DNA of 64,000 nt from Patescibacteria group bacterium (GTDB lineage: Bacteria > Patescibacteriota > Patescibacteriia > Magasanikbacterales > GWA2-37-8): NCBI GenBank assembly GCA_041649475.1, contig JBAZNA010000001.1, forward strand, positions 24,895 to 88,894, in the 5' to 3' direction. The position numbers and the translations under genes were made by a program. A model generated the notes under the pieces. That model searched no databases and was not told where the DNA came from. It saw only the letters and a list, made by a program, of their open reading frames with translations. Positions 20,654-29,603 of the stretch are shown here, in pieces (the first letter of the stretch is position 1; each line of letters begins with the position of its first letter).

Positions 20654-21418
20654 TTAATGACAATCTGCTGAACAATTACCACCTGTATAGTAAGCTTTCC
20701 CCCCAAGGTCAGTACAGGTCTGCTGATCAATCGCCGCACAATAATATCCACTCTGGCCATTCATACAACACTCTCCGGATTCAGGTGCAACCGGCTTATT
20801 GCATGGTAAAATACTCCACGACCCGCCGGTACACTGTTCTTCTGTCATCATACCAATCAAACCACCACTGGCATTACAACAATAGCCATTACCCGCCGGG
20901 GCTTGCCCGCCGGTGGGACATGGTCCCAAGACAAAAACACCACTACCGCCGCAGTCGGCCTGTGAGGCCACATTAACACCGTTTACTCCGGGAAAGGTAC
21001 AGCACCCGGCAGTATCATTTCCCGCCGGAGGGTTGCTTCCTGCGCCTCCTGCGCCCCCCGTAGTTCCGGCCACATTCTTAAACAAGAAGGTGGTAATCGC
21101 ATACGCTCCCAGAACAATCATAAGTCCAATCCCAGCCGCTTCCATTATGCTTTTGGCCGTGTCCACTTTCTTTTCATTTCCCAAAGCCGTCATCCATAAA
21201 ATGCCGGCGTAGAGAATCAACAGGAAAAAAATCACGCCCAAAAGCGACAGGCCCACTCCCACTACATTTCCAACAATAGAAGGGATATCAGTTCCCAATT
21301 TTGAAGTTTTTAAGTCCGACGGCGCGGCCGCCCCCAAACCATAATCATCAGCCAAAACTACCACCGGTATGGTTAGAATGCTTACAAGAGCCAAGACGAT
21401 AAGAAATTTTTTCAACAT
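20654..21418 (-). CDS. TrbC/VirB2-like pilin-family protein, paralog 5, with long Cys/Gly-rich C-terminal domain
   Basis: LYAGILWMTALGNEKK core, followed by about 140 aa with more than 14 Cys, including CC pairs. Confidence 0.6.
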   Translation of the reverse strand: MLKKFLIVLALVSILTIPVVVLADDYGLGAAAPSDLKTSKLGTDIPSIVGNVVGVGLSLLGVIFFLLILYAGILWMTALGNEKKVDTAKSIMEAAGIGLMIVLGAYAITTFLFKNVAGTTGGAGGAGSNPPAGNDTAGCCTFPGVNGVNVASQADCGGSGVFVLGPCPTGGQAPAGNGYCCNASGGLIGMMTEEQCTGGSWSILPCNKPVAPESGECCMNGQSGYYCAAIDQQTCTDLGGKAYYTGGNCSADCH

Positions 21419-21525
21419 ATAGATTATTCAATTGTCATCGCAAACGAACATGTTCACTTGAAATGACAGCAGAACAACTTCCGTCGCAGGGGGTTGCGCG
21501 CGCGAACCCCCTGCGAAGAAGAAGG

Positions 21526-21912
21526 TTATCCGTTAAACTGTGCACCTCCGGAAGTCGCTGAAACCAAACTGTTGATTACGTAAGTGGCCAAAGCGTAGGC
21601 CGCCAATATAATCGCTAAGCCAATTATACCGGAGAAAATCCATTTTTTTGCATCGCTGGTTTTCTCTTCATTACCGCCGGCAGTCATCCAAATGAAACCG
21701 CCAATTAAGATAATAACCACAGCCACGATACCAAGCAGTCCCATCGCGGTTCTAATGATTGACGCGACAGTAACACGGATATCCTGGTGACCTAAACCGG
21801 TTGCCGCTCCATATTGGATACCCAAATCTTGAGCTCCAATCGGAGTTTGAGCAGACACCAACACCGGTACTAATAGCGCTAGCATTCCAAAAATAACTAA
21901 CCATTTTTTCAT
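21526..21912 (-). CDS. TrbC/VirB2-like pilin-family protein, paralog 6
   Basis: GGFIWMTAGGNEEKTSDAKK core. Confidence 0.6.
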   Translation of the reverse strand: MKKWLVIFGMLALLVPVLVSAQTPIGAQDLGIQYGAATGLGHQDIRVTVASIIRTAMGLLGIVAVVIILIGGFIWMTAGGNEEKTSDAKKWIFSGIIGLAIILAAYALATYVINSLVSATSGGAQFNG

Positions 21913-21986
21913 AATCTCACCCCCTTTCCATTGATTGTATTTGTCATATGAAAATGCGTCTAAAAACGGCTATATTATACCACATT

Positions 21987-22439
21987 TTACTGCGGAGCTG
22001 AAGTCAAATATTGAGTGAAGGTGCTTAAGATGAAATAACTGGTGAAAACTAACATCAGCCCGATAACTGCCCAGAGCATTGTTTTTGAACCATTTTTTAC
22101 TCTTTCTTCGTTCCCTGCCGATGTCAGCCACTGAAAACCGCCCCAAACAAACATGAGCAGAGTGAGACCGCCAACCAGGCCCAAAGCGGCTTTAATTATA
22201 ATTTGAATTACTTGCGGCACGCTTGTGCTTCCACTTATATTAGAAAGAGGATTTTGTAAATTACAAACCGTAATCGGGGTTCCGGCTGCGGTTTTTGATT
22301 GAGTACAGCCGGCTGTTTGCGGAGTTGCTGCCGCGGGAGCGGCCAAAGCGATCACGGGAACACTTAAAAAAATAAAAAAGGATGTAACCCCTATAACTAT
22401 TCTAAAAAAAATTCTCATAAAATCACGGGTGTTAATCAT
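21987..22439 (-). CDS. TrbC/VirB2-like pilin-family protein, paralog 7
   Basis: WGGFQWLTSAGNEERVKNGSK core. 4-nt overlap with the next gene. Confidence 0.55.
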   Translation of the reverse strand: MINTRDFMRIFFRIVIGVTSFFIFLSVPVIALAAPAAATPQTAGCTQSKTAAGTPITVCNLQNPLSNISGSTSVPQVIQIIIKAALGLVGGLTLLMFVWGGFQWLTSAGNEERVKNGSKTMLWAVIGLMLVFTSYFILSTFTQYLTSAPQ

Positions 22440-22954
22440 TTAATCGCTTTAATCACAAAATTCACCAAGGTATAACTTAATAACATTACCAAAACCCCCA
22501 AACTTGTCCAAACAATAATTTTTTTGGCCGAGTCAATTTTTTTCTCCTCACCGGCCGCGGTCATCCATAATATTCCAGCCCAGATAAACAAAACCAGGGC
22601 GATTGAACCGATAAAAGCCATCATTAAACTGATAACTCGTCTAATTAAATCAGTGGGGGCTGTAAATTTTGCCGGATTCAATTGACTGGCTGCAGCACTC
22701 CTCAATTGATCGGCTGTTTTACCGCCTGTATTAATACCAGACGAAGCGGCGGGTTGTGCGGTTTTGTCACACGGACCACTTATTGGTTGTTCGCCGCATT
22801 TTGTACAGGCGTCCACTATGGACGCCGGATCTACTTTATTGCCGTCAAACTCCTGACAGGTCTTACAACAATGAAAAATATCCGCTTTAGCCGGAATTAA
22901 AAAAAACAAACTAGCCGCTAGCGCTAATAAATAAATTCTAAAATTAGATTTCAT
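22436..22954 (-). CDS. TrbC/VirB2-like pilin-family protein, paralog 8, with N-terminal Cys-rich domain
   Basis: HCCKTCQEFDG...CTKCGEQPISGPCDK before the IWAGILWMTAAGEEKKIDSAKK core. Confidence 0.6.
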   Translation of the reverse strand: MKSNFRIYLLALAASLFFLIPAKADIFHCCKTCQEFDGNKVDPASIVDACTKCGEQPISGPCDKTAQPAASSGINTGGKTADQLRSAAASQLNPAKFTAPTDLIRRVISLMMAFIGSIALVLFIWAGILWMTAAGEEKKIDSAKKIIVWTSLGVLVMLLSYTLVNFVIKAIK

Positions 22955-22961
22955 ATAAAAT

Positions 22962-23351
22962 TCACTTTACTCCCAAACTCGTGCTCAAAAACTGCACCAG
23001 TATATAGGCGCTAAACACAATAACCAAGCCAACTCCGGCGGCCATTATTATGCTCATGCCCTTTTTTACTTTTTCGGCATTCCCTTGCGATAAAATCAAA
23101 GTAAAGCCGCCATAAATAAAAAACAGTAAAGCCAGCGCGCCGACAATTCCAAAAACATAATTGCCAACAGTGATAAGCAGGGTGACAAAGACACTTACAT
23201 CCGCGCAGTCCCCGCTGGGCGTAGTTTGGTTGCCGCATTTTTGGATCAAATCCGAAACCGGATTGGCGGCTAAGGCAGACCCGGCCCCAAAAAACAACAA
23301 ACTGGCCATGATTGCCACAAAAAATATTTTTTTTAAATTTCGCTCACTCAT
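22962..23351 (-). CDS. Divergent TrbC/VirB2-like pilin-family protein, paralog 9
   Basis: IYGGFTLILSQGNAEKVKK variant core. The start was moved to the internal Met to avoid overlapping the upstream SBP gene. Confidence 0.5.
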   Translation of the reverse strand: MSERNLKKIFFVAIMASLLFFGAGSALAANPVSDLIQKCGNQTTPSGDCADVSVFVTLLITVGNYVFGIVGALALLFFIYGGFTLILSQGNAEKVKKGMSIIMAAGVGLVIVFSAYILVQFLSTSLGVK

Positions 23352-23356
23352 ATCGC

Positions 23357-24745
23357 TTATTGCGCAAAGGTTTGATTCATCTGCGAAGCCGCTCTGTTTA
23401 AAATTTCCTGCTGCCAACCCAGCGGGTCTTTGCTGCTTGGAATTGGTGCAAGCCATTGGTGGGTCATATCGCCCAAGCTCTTTACCGCACCATCATAATT
23501 ACGTCCTTTATACCAGCTATTTGCCACCAGCGCCTGCGAAGCAAACGGGAATAAAACCGGATTATCCAATTGTCCGGAAATATATGTGCGCAAAGCAGAA
23601 GGCCGCGCGGTTGTGTCCAAATAATCTTTAACCGCCTTTGAGTGGGTCAAATAATTCACTAAGTCCCAGGCCTCGTTTTGATGTTTTGATTTTCCGGTAA
23701 CGGTTTGGAGCCAATAACTAGCCGCGTTCACCGGCTGATCCGGGTTAAGCTGAAGCATTGGCAGAACATCAAAATTAAGCTGGGGCGCACGGGCTTTGAT
23801 GGTAGCGTAGTTAAAATTATAGCCAAAATAAAAAGCGAGAGATCCGTTTATGAAACTATCCAAAGCACTGCCCTTATCCTCGTTCCAAGAATAAACATCA
23901 CGGGTGGGATTGGCAAAATCAGTATAAAAATTCATAACGGACATAGCCGGTGACGATCCTTCGTTGACAGACGAGGCATTAAAAACCGCATAACCGTTTT
24001 GATCAACAAAACTCACGTTGCTCTGTTTGAACAAAATATATAACAAATCATCAAACCCGGGAATATTGGCAGCCGTGCCCAGCGCGGCTCCGGATTGTAA
24101 AACCGTGTCGGTCTTTTTATCAATCTTAGTTATCTTTAAGACCGCTTTGCGGAAATCATCCCAAGTTTTTGGCGGCTCGGCCACTCCGGCTTTGTCCAGT
24201 AAATCTTTATTGTAATACAAAGCCATGGTGTCAAAAGAAAGCGGCAATCCGTAAATTTTTCCACCAATCACAACATCGCTTTTAACCGCCTGCACATATT
24301 CTCTGTCTATTTGCGTGATATTCGGCAAAACAACATTAGCAGTATTTATGGTAGTATCTGTACCGCCAATCGCATTTTTTGTTACAGTGACGGTTGTGTC
24401 TTGCACCGAAGCAGGCATCGCCGCCAATTTTGTTTGGTAGACATGCATGTATTTATTTTGAACCGAAATAATATCCGGGCCCTTGTCTTCAGCCAGGGTT
24501 TCAACCAATCTTTGATAAATTTCATCCGGACGAAGCTGTCTTAAATTTATGGTCAAATACGGGCGTTCGGCTTTGAATTTATCTATATTCGCCTGCAGGG
24601 CATCAACATCATCATAAACTGTCCAGTATTCCAGGGTAACCGGCTGGGTTGCCTGTTGTTGAGCTGTAGACAAACCCTTGCAACCAAAACCCCCCAACAG
24701 TAAAACCGGGATTATAACTAAAAAAGGAAGAATTTTTTTAATCAT
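23357..24745 (-). CDS. ABC transporter substrate-binding lipoprotein (sugar-type SBP family 1)
   Basis: Lipobox LLLGGFGC at the N-terminus. 462 aa, with composition typical of SBP_bac_1. Confidence 0.65.
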   Translation of the reverse strand: MIKKILPFLVIIPVLLLGGFGCKGLSTAQQQATQPVTLEYWTVYDDVDALQANIDKFKAERPYLTINLRQLRPDEIYQRLVETLAEDKGPDIISVQNKYMHVYQTKLAAMPASVQDTTVTVTKNAIGGTDTTINTANVVLPNITQIDREYVQAVKSDVVIGGKIYGLPLSFDTMALYYNKDLLDKAGVAEPPKTWDDFRKAVLKITKIDKKTDTVLQSGAALGTAANIPGFDDLLYILFKQSNVSFVDQNGYAVFNASSVNEGSSPAMSVMNFYTDFANPTRDVYSWNEDKGSALDSFINGSLAFYFGYNFNYATIKARAPQLNFDVLPMLQLNPDQPVNAASYWLQTVTGKSKHQNEAWDLVNYLTHSKAVKDYLDTTARPSALRTYISGQLDNPVLFPFASQALVANSWYKGRNYDGAVKSLGDMTHQWLAPIPSSKDPLGWQQEILNRAASQMNQTFAQ

Positions 24746-24755
24746 AGCTCACCTA

Positions 24756-25622
24756 TTATACCACACTTTTCAAATACCTTCTAAATTCTCCGCTTAATTT
24801 TTTATCTCTTAAAGCAAAATCAACATTGGCTCTTAAATAGCCAATTTTTGACCCGGTGTCATAATAAGTTCCTTCAATTAACCGGGCATAAATAGACCGC
24901 TTCTTGAGCAATTTAAAAATAGCATCCACCAACCACAGCTCACCACTCTTGCCAAGTTTTGTATGCTCCAGCGCTCCAAATATATCTGGAGTTAAGATAA
25001 ATCCGCCCAAGCTGGCCAACTGCGAAGGCGCTTGCTCCGGACCGGGTTTTTCCACGATATTTTTTACCTGATAAGTGCTTTTTTCCACTTCCAAAGCATC
25101 AAGAATTCCATACTTTGACGTATCGGATTTGCTAACTTTATATGCCGTCAAAACCGGATCGCCGTATTTTTCAAAGGTCTCAACCAACTGTTTAAGCTGG
25201 GGTTTTTTGGGCGCATAGAAAAATTCATCTCCCCACATCACGGCAAACGGTTCGTCCCCAACCACGGCCTTGGCGCACAACACCGGCGTGCCGTTTCCAT
25301 ACGGGCCTTTTTGCCTGATAAAAATAAAATTGGCCATGTCCGCAATTTTTTTAACCTCTTCCGCCACTTCGTCTTTGCCCTGCTTTTTGAGCAGATTCAC
25401 CAACTCATAATTGGGACTAAAATGGTCTTCAACCGCCCGCTTGCTCGGACCGGTTACCAGAATAATATCCGTAATCCCCGACCGCACCGCATCCTCAACT
25501 ACATATTGAATGATCGGCTTATCCACCACCGGTAGCATTTCCTTGGGCTGGGCCTTGGTGGCCGGTAAAAATCTGGTACCCAGACCGGCGACCGGAATAA
25601 CCAATTTTCTTATTTTTGACAT
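24756..25622 (-). CDS. galU: UTP--glucose-1-phosphate uridylyltransferase
   Basis: VIPVAGLGTRFLPATKAQPKEMLPVVDKP signature. Confidence 0.85.
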   Translation of the reverse strand: MSKIRKLVIPVAGLGTRFLPATKAQPKEMLPVVDKPIIQYVVEDAVRSGITDIILVTGPSKRAVEDHFSPNYELVNLLKKQGKDEVAEEVKKIADMANFIFIRQKGPYGNGTPVLCAKAVVGDEPFAVMWGDEFFYAPKKPQLKQLVETFEKYGDPVLTAYKVSKSDTSKYGILDALEVEKSTYQVKNIVEKPGPEQAPSQLASLGGFILTPDIFGALEHTKLGKSGELWLVDAIFKLLKKRSIYARLIEGTYYDTGSKIGYLRANVDFALRDKKLSGEFRRYLKSVV

Positions 25623-25651
25623 AAATTAAAATTATTTAATATGTGAGTATT

Positions 25652-27019
25652 TTACTTCACTTCCTGCCAACTAATCAAGTTATATTGCGAGCCGACCGGA
25701 AACCCGGGCGGCGGACCGTAAGTGAGATTGGCATCATAAGTGGAGTTTGTATTTCTGTATCCGGAAGTTATTGAGCCCCCGCCGGAAACCCAGCTCCAAG
25801 TCCAAATTTTCATGGATATAACCGAACCGTAAATCAGTAAATTTGTTTTCATGTCCCCCGGATAATAATAACGCTTGGCCGCGCCGTTTTGAGCCAAAAC
25901 AGCTGCGTCTATTTCCAAATCGTCCGGTGAATTGTGAGGGATTAAAATATTTTGATCGGCAATCAGACCCAAAACATCCGTACCGTCTTTGGCGGCATAA
26001 ATTATATCCCCATTTAAAATAATATTTTTACCGACCGAGGTGCCGACAACAACCCGGCCTTTTACAGCCCCGTCCACCCAAACATTATCATCAACAAAGA
26101 TATAACCATTGCTGGGCATATCATAAGTTGCGTATGACTCTTGAGTACTGATATCTATGCATGGCCAAAAATAATTATTGTCACCGACATCTTTGGCTTT
26201 ATAACAATCCGTTGTTAAGACCTTTGACACAATTACCTGTCCTTGGCTGGAAGAAGTGAATTGCAATCTCCAACCTTGCTGTCCGGAAGGGGTAAAGTTT
26301 AATCCGCCCAGATCCGGGTCTGAATTTGTTTCAATTTTGGCCAGATCGGCAGTGACCTCTGTAAAATCCTTGGCCGTAGCCGGAAAATCCCAATATGATT
26401 CGGGTCCGCCATCGCCCCAAATACCCGGTTTAACTTGACCTGCACCGCAACCATGATACTGCTTGCAGGTGTAAGTGGCCATGGCGCTGGTTATTGGAGC
26501 ATCACCGAGGCCGTCAAAACGGATTCCTCCATTGGCATGAAATTTTCCATGAGTCACTTCATCGTCTCCAATCCAAACATCAGTGCCGGTTAAAAAGGCG
26601 AAATCAGTCAGGGCCGGAAAACCAAGCTTCACTTTTATTTTTCTTTTTGTATTCGGCTGAATATCAAGCCAGCCGGTGGAAGTGACAGTGACGATGGTTG
26701 ATCCGGTTGGCGGCGGACCAATCTCCAAAGAAAAATGTCCGATTACATTTCCATCTTTGTCGGAATACGCGTGCACATACGGCCCGGGAGTACTTGTGCC
26801 GTTTCCGTCATAAAAATCTGTCTGACTATGAGCCAGGTGCCAGCGGTAATAATTAATGCCCGCGTCGGCAATTTGAAAAGCTACTTCCCGATTGTGTTTG
26901 CTTAGCGAAGCTCGGTTTTCAGAAATTGCATATCCGGCCAGACCAACCACAATGATTGAAAAAGCAATGGTGCCAAAGACCATGACAAAAAGTAAAATGT
27001 TTCCTTTTTTATTTAACAT
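25652..27019 (-). CDS. PilX-like type IV pilus-associated protein (N-terminal hydrophobic PilX_N-like segment)
   Basis: KKGNILLFVMVFGTIAFSIIVVGLAGYAI N-terminus. It is the last gene of a three-gene minor-pilin cluster. Confidence 0.45.
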   Translation of the reverse strand: MLNKKGNILLFVMVFGTIAFSIIVVGLAGYAISENRASLSKHNREVAFQIADAGINYYRWHLAHSQTDFYDGNGTSTPGPYVHAYSDKDGNVIGHFSLEIGPPPTGSTIVTVTSTGWLDIQPNTKRKIKVKLGFPALTDFAFLTGTDVWIGDDEVTHGKFHANGGIRFDGLGDAPITSAMATYTCKQYHGCGAGQVKPGIWGDGGPESYWDFPATAKDFTEVTADLAKIETNSDPDLGGLNFTPSGQQGWRLQFTSSSQGQVIVSKVLTTDCYKAKDVGDNNYFWPCIDISTQESYATYDMPSNGYIFVDDNVWVDGAVKGRVVVGTSVGKNIILNGDIIYAAKDGTDVLGLIADQNILIPHNSPDDLEIDAAVLAQNGAAKRYYYPGDMKTNLLIYGSVISMKIWTWSWVSGGGSITSGYRNTNSTYDANLTYGPPPGFPVGSQYNLISWQEVK

Positions 27020-27022
27020 ATT

Positions 27023-27640
27023 TTAATTATTTTTCAAATTCCTAAGCATCGCTTTTGATTCAATATAAAAAGGAGCCGGTGTTAAATTGGGATTCTGATC
27101 TAATTTTAAAATTATTCTGACAACTCTGATCTTAGTGACGTCAATTGGGCTGGCTAAGGGCGCTCCGGAGCCGTTATAATTACCGTCATAATAATAAAAA
27201 ACCGAAGTGGCATTGGCAAGTTCGTTGGCTACGTTGATTACGATTTCATTGACCGGATTATAAGTTAAGGGGTTGCCGGTTGGTTTGATGATACCCATCT
27301 TTAAGGTTGAAGTGACAGTAAAATAACGAAGACGTTCCACCAAACTATCGCTATCCGTATTTGAATAAAAAATAATTCCGGTGCTCGAAGCCGCCTGAAC
27401 CGGATAAGCGCCAATACTGGATTGCGAGGCGGTTCTGATTTGATTGACAAAATCCTGGGTGGCTTTCCGACCTTCATTTTGGGTAGAGAGCTGTTCCCAA
27501 ACAACGGAATTGTATCTGGAACCAGTCAGATATACGGCCACCACCGCGCCAACCAGTAGAACAAAAATACCCAAGGCCACAAGCACCTCAATCAACTGCA
27601 GGCCACGATTATCTGTTTGTATTTTTTTTAAAACAAACAT
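27023..27640 (-). CDS. Type IV minor pilin / pseudopilin (prepilin-type N-terminal methylation domain)
   Basis: NRGLQLIEVLVALGIFVLLV: G-x-x-L-I-E prepilin signal followed by a hydrophobic helix. Confidence 0.65.
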   Translation of the reverse strand: MFVLKKIQTDNRGLQLIEVLVALGIFVLLVGAVVAVYLTGSRYNSVVWEQLSTQNEGRKATQDFVNQIRTASQSSIGAYPVQAASSTGIIFYSNTDSDSLVERLRYFTVTSTLKMGIIKPTGNPLTYNPVNEIVINVANELANATSVFYYYDGNYNGSGAPLASPIDVTKIRVVRIILKLDQNPNLTPAPFYIESKAMLRNLKNN

Positions 27641-27642
27641 AT

Positions 27643-29439
27643 TTAAGAACTGGGTGACATATTAACCAAGGTTGATCCATTTCCGCTTATATCAATGGTG
27701 CCGTTATTGGTTGTGTAACCGCTCCGAGAAACATCCAAAGTATAGGTATCAACCGACAAACCGCTGAAAAAAACCTGACCGGGCGGTGTACAACTGGTGG
27801 AAAATGTAAAAGCTACTTCCGACAGGGTGGGTGTATAAGATGTGCTGGATGTATTTAAAAATACTTTATATCTAAAATAACGGTTATTATCGTTTCCGCT
27901 CCAAATCAAAGTATTAGTAGCTGTATAAAACGTACCGGCCGTGCCATCCGGCCCTTTATAACTCCAACTGCTGGGAGTACTGGTGTTGCTGGAAGCAAAC
28001 TGGAAAGTAACAGGATTGGCGCCGCACTGTGTCTGCGCAGAATACTTAAAAATTATATTATTAAAGTTTACTTGCGTGCCCAAATCAAAAGTAGAGGACT
28101 CCAGCCAGCCGTTATTGGCATAATAAAGTCCGGATTTCTTTAATTTTAAATCACCCGGATAAGAGCTGTAATTTACGGTTCCGCTGTCAGCAAAATATTT
28201 TTTTGGATTGGTAAAATTTATTTGCCCGCTGCCGCTTGACCAATCCGTTTGCCTGGTATAACCATAACCGGTTAAGACAGTGACATCATAACTAGTGCCC
28301 GTAAGTTCTACTGTCGCGTCTGACAAAGGCAACCCGGTGCCGGCATCAACCACATTGACCAAGAGAGAATTTGCAGTATGCGCCTGAAGAATAACTTTGG
28401 CATCCTGGGTCAGACCGGGATTAATAGCTAACGGCAACATCGGCATGGCTCCGGCTACATCATAACTGATTGTGCCGGTAGTGGATAGAAAATAAGTATC
28501 CCATTCAATGTTGGGAAAACTATAATTTCCGGAAGCGTCGGTTGTAAAATTTTTATTAAATTTATAAATATCCGGATCGATGGCAATTTTCTTGGCGCCT
28601 GACATGTTTAACCGAACACTGCCCAGAGCCGCGCAAGCCGTATTAATGGTATGCAGGGTTAAATTACTTAATCTGTCTATGGAAAAACTAATGTCGGTCA
28701 CGTCCTGACTGACCACATTGGCCGGCGGTTTTATGGGTGTGGGCGCGCTGGGGCCGGAGACCACTGTATAATCAGTTGAATAGCCCGGCTTACTGACATT
28801 TATATAATAACTTCGCGTACCGGTGGTTGTGTCTATGATGCGCAAATAGCCATCATTTCCGGTTGTATCATTTACTATAATCAAGGGTGTGCGCGCAGTA
28901 TTGGTCACAGACACATCCGCGCCCGCTACCGGCAAACCATCGGCATCAAAGACCTGGATAAAAAGCGCGCCGTTAACGCTGGCGCCTTCCAACTGTTTGG
29001 GGGCCACAATTGTACTTAAAATAACGGACGCTTGTTGTAAACAATTTTGACAAATAGCCGACATTTCCACCAACTTAAAATCCGCCGGAGACAAATCGTG
29101 GGGTGTGCCGCTCGCAGTGCCATCAAACGGATCATCTATGTTTCTGATGGTTGTAATCAGAGTAAATATCTCTCCATTGCGAACAGTGGTGGTGGTATGA
29201 GGCAAAACTCCGGCCGGCACGCCGCTTATAATACCGACGCTATCATAAGGAAGATTGCGCACGACTTCCAATTGCTCGGCCAAAATACCTGTTTCCAAAA
29301 TGCGCGTGCGCGATTGATACACGATTTTAAAAATCAAAGTGATGCCCCCATAGATGCCGACCGCGAATAATACAAAAATAGCCGTCGCCACGATGACTTC
29401 TATAAGCGTAAAACCTTTTCTGTTAAGAAGGATTTTCAT
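27643..29439 (-). CDS. Large (598 aa) type IV pilin-like protein with canonical prepilin signal (putative tip adhesin)
   Basis: N-terminal RKGFTLIEVIVATAIFVL is the textbook class III signal. A long S/T/N-rich ectodomain follows. Confidence 0.65.
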   Translation of the reverse strand: MKILLNRKGFTLIEVIVATAIFVLFAVGIYGGITLIFKIVYQSRTRILETGILAEQLEVVRNLPYDSVGIISGVPAGVLPHTTTTVRNGEIFTLITTIRNIDDPFDGTASGTPHDLSPADFKLVEMSAICQNCLQQASVILSTIVAPKQLEGASVNGALFIQVFDADGLPVAGADVSVTNTARTPLIIVNDTTGNDGYLRIIDTTTGTRSYYINVSKPGYSTDYTVVSGPSAPTPIKPPANVVSQDVTDISFSIDRLSNLTLHTINTACAALGSVRLNMSGAKKIAIDPDIYKFNKNFTTDASGNYSFPNIEWDTYFLSTTGTISYDVAGAMPMLPLAINPGLTQDAKVILQAHTANSLLVNVVDAGTGLPLSDATVELTGTSYDVTVLTGYGYTRQTDWSSGSGQINFTNPKKYFADSGTVNYSSYPGDLKLKKSGLYYANNGWLESSTFDLGTQVNFNNIIFKYSAQTQCGANPVTFQFASSNTSTPSSWSYKGPDGTAGTFYTATNTLIWSGNDNNRYFRYKVFLNTSSTSYTPTLSEVAFTFSTSCTPPGQVFFSGLSVDTYTLDVSRSGYTTNNGTIDISGNGSTLVNMSPSS

Positions 29440-29520
29440 GGGGATATTATATCACAAATCACCGGTGAGTTCATCACTTGATTTTAAGTAATTGTTGTGA
29501 TAATATTTGAGACGTAATAA

Positions 29521-29603
29521 GCCCGGGTGGTGAAATCTGGTAAACACACTTGACTTAAAATCAAACGCCGAAAGGCTTGCGGGTTCGATTCCCGCCCCGG
29601 GCA
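29521..29603 (+). tRNA. tRNA-Leu (anticodon TAA), long variable arm
   Basis: Acceptor GCCCGGG/CCCGGGC, anticodon loop CTTAAAA, variable arm CGCCGAAAGGCTTGC, T-loop TTCGATT. Confidence 0.75.

Noticed and set aside
23357-23456. 100-nt same-strand overlap between pilin paralog 9 and the SBP gene.
   Set aside because: It is resolved by using the internal Met (MSERNLKKIFF…) that precedes the signal peptide. The upstream 35 codons have no signal-peptide character.
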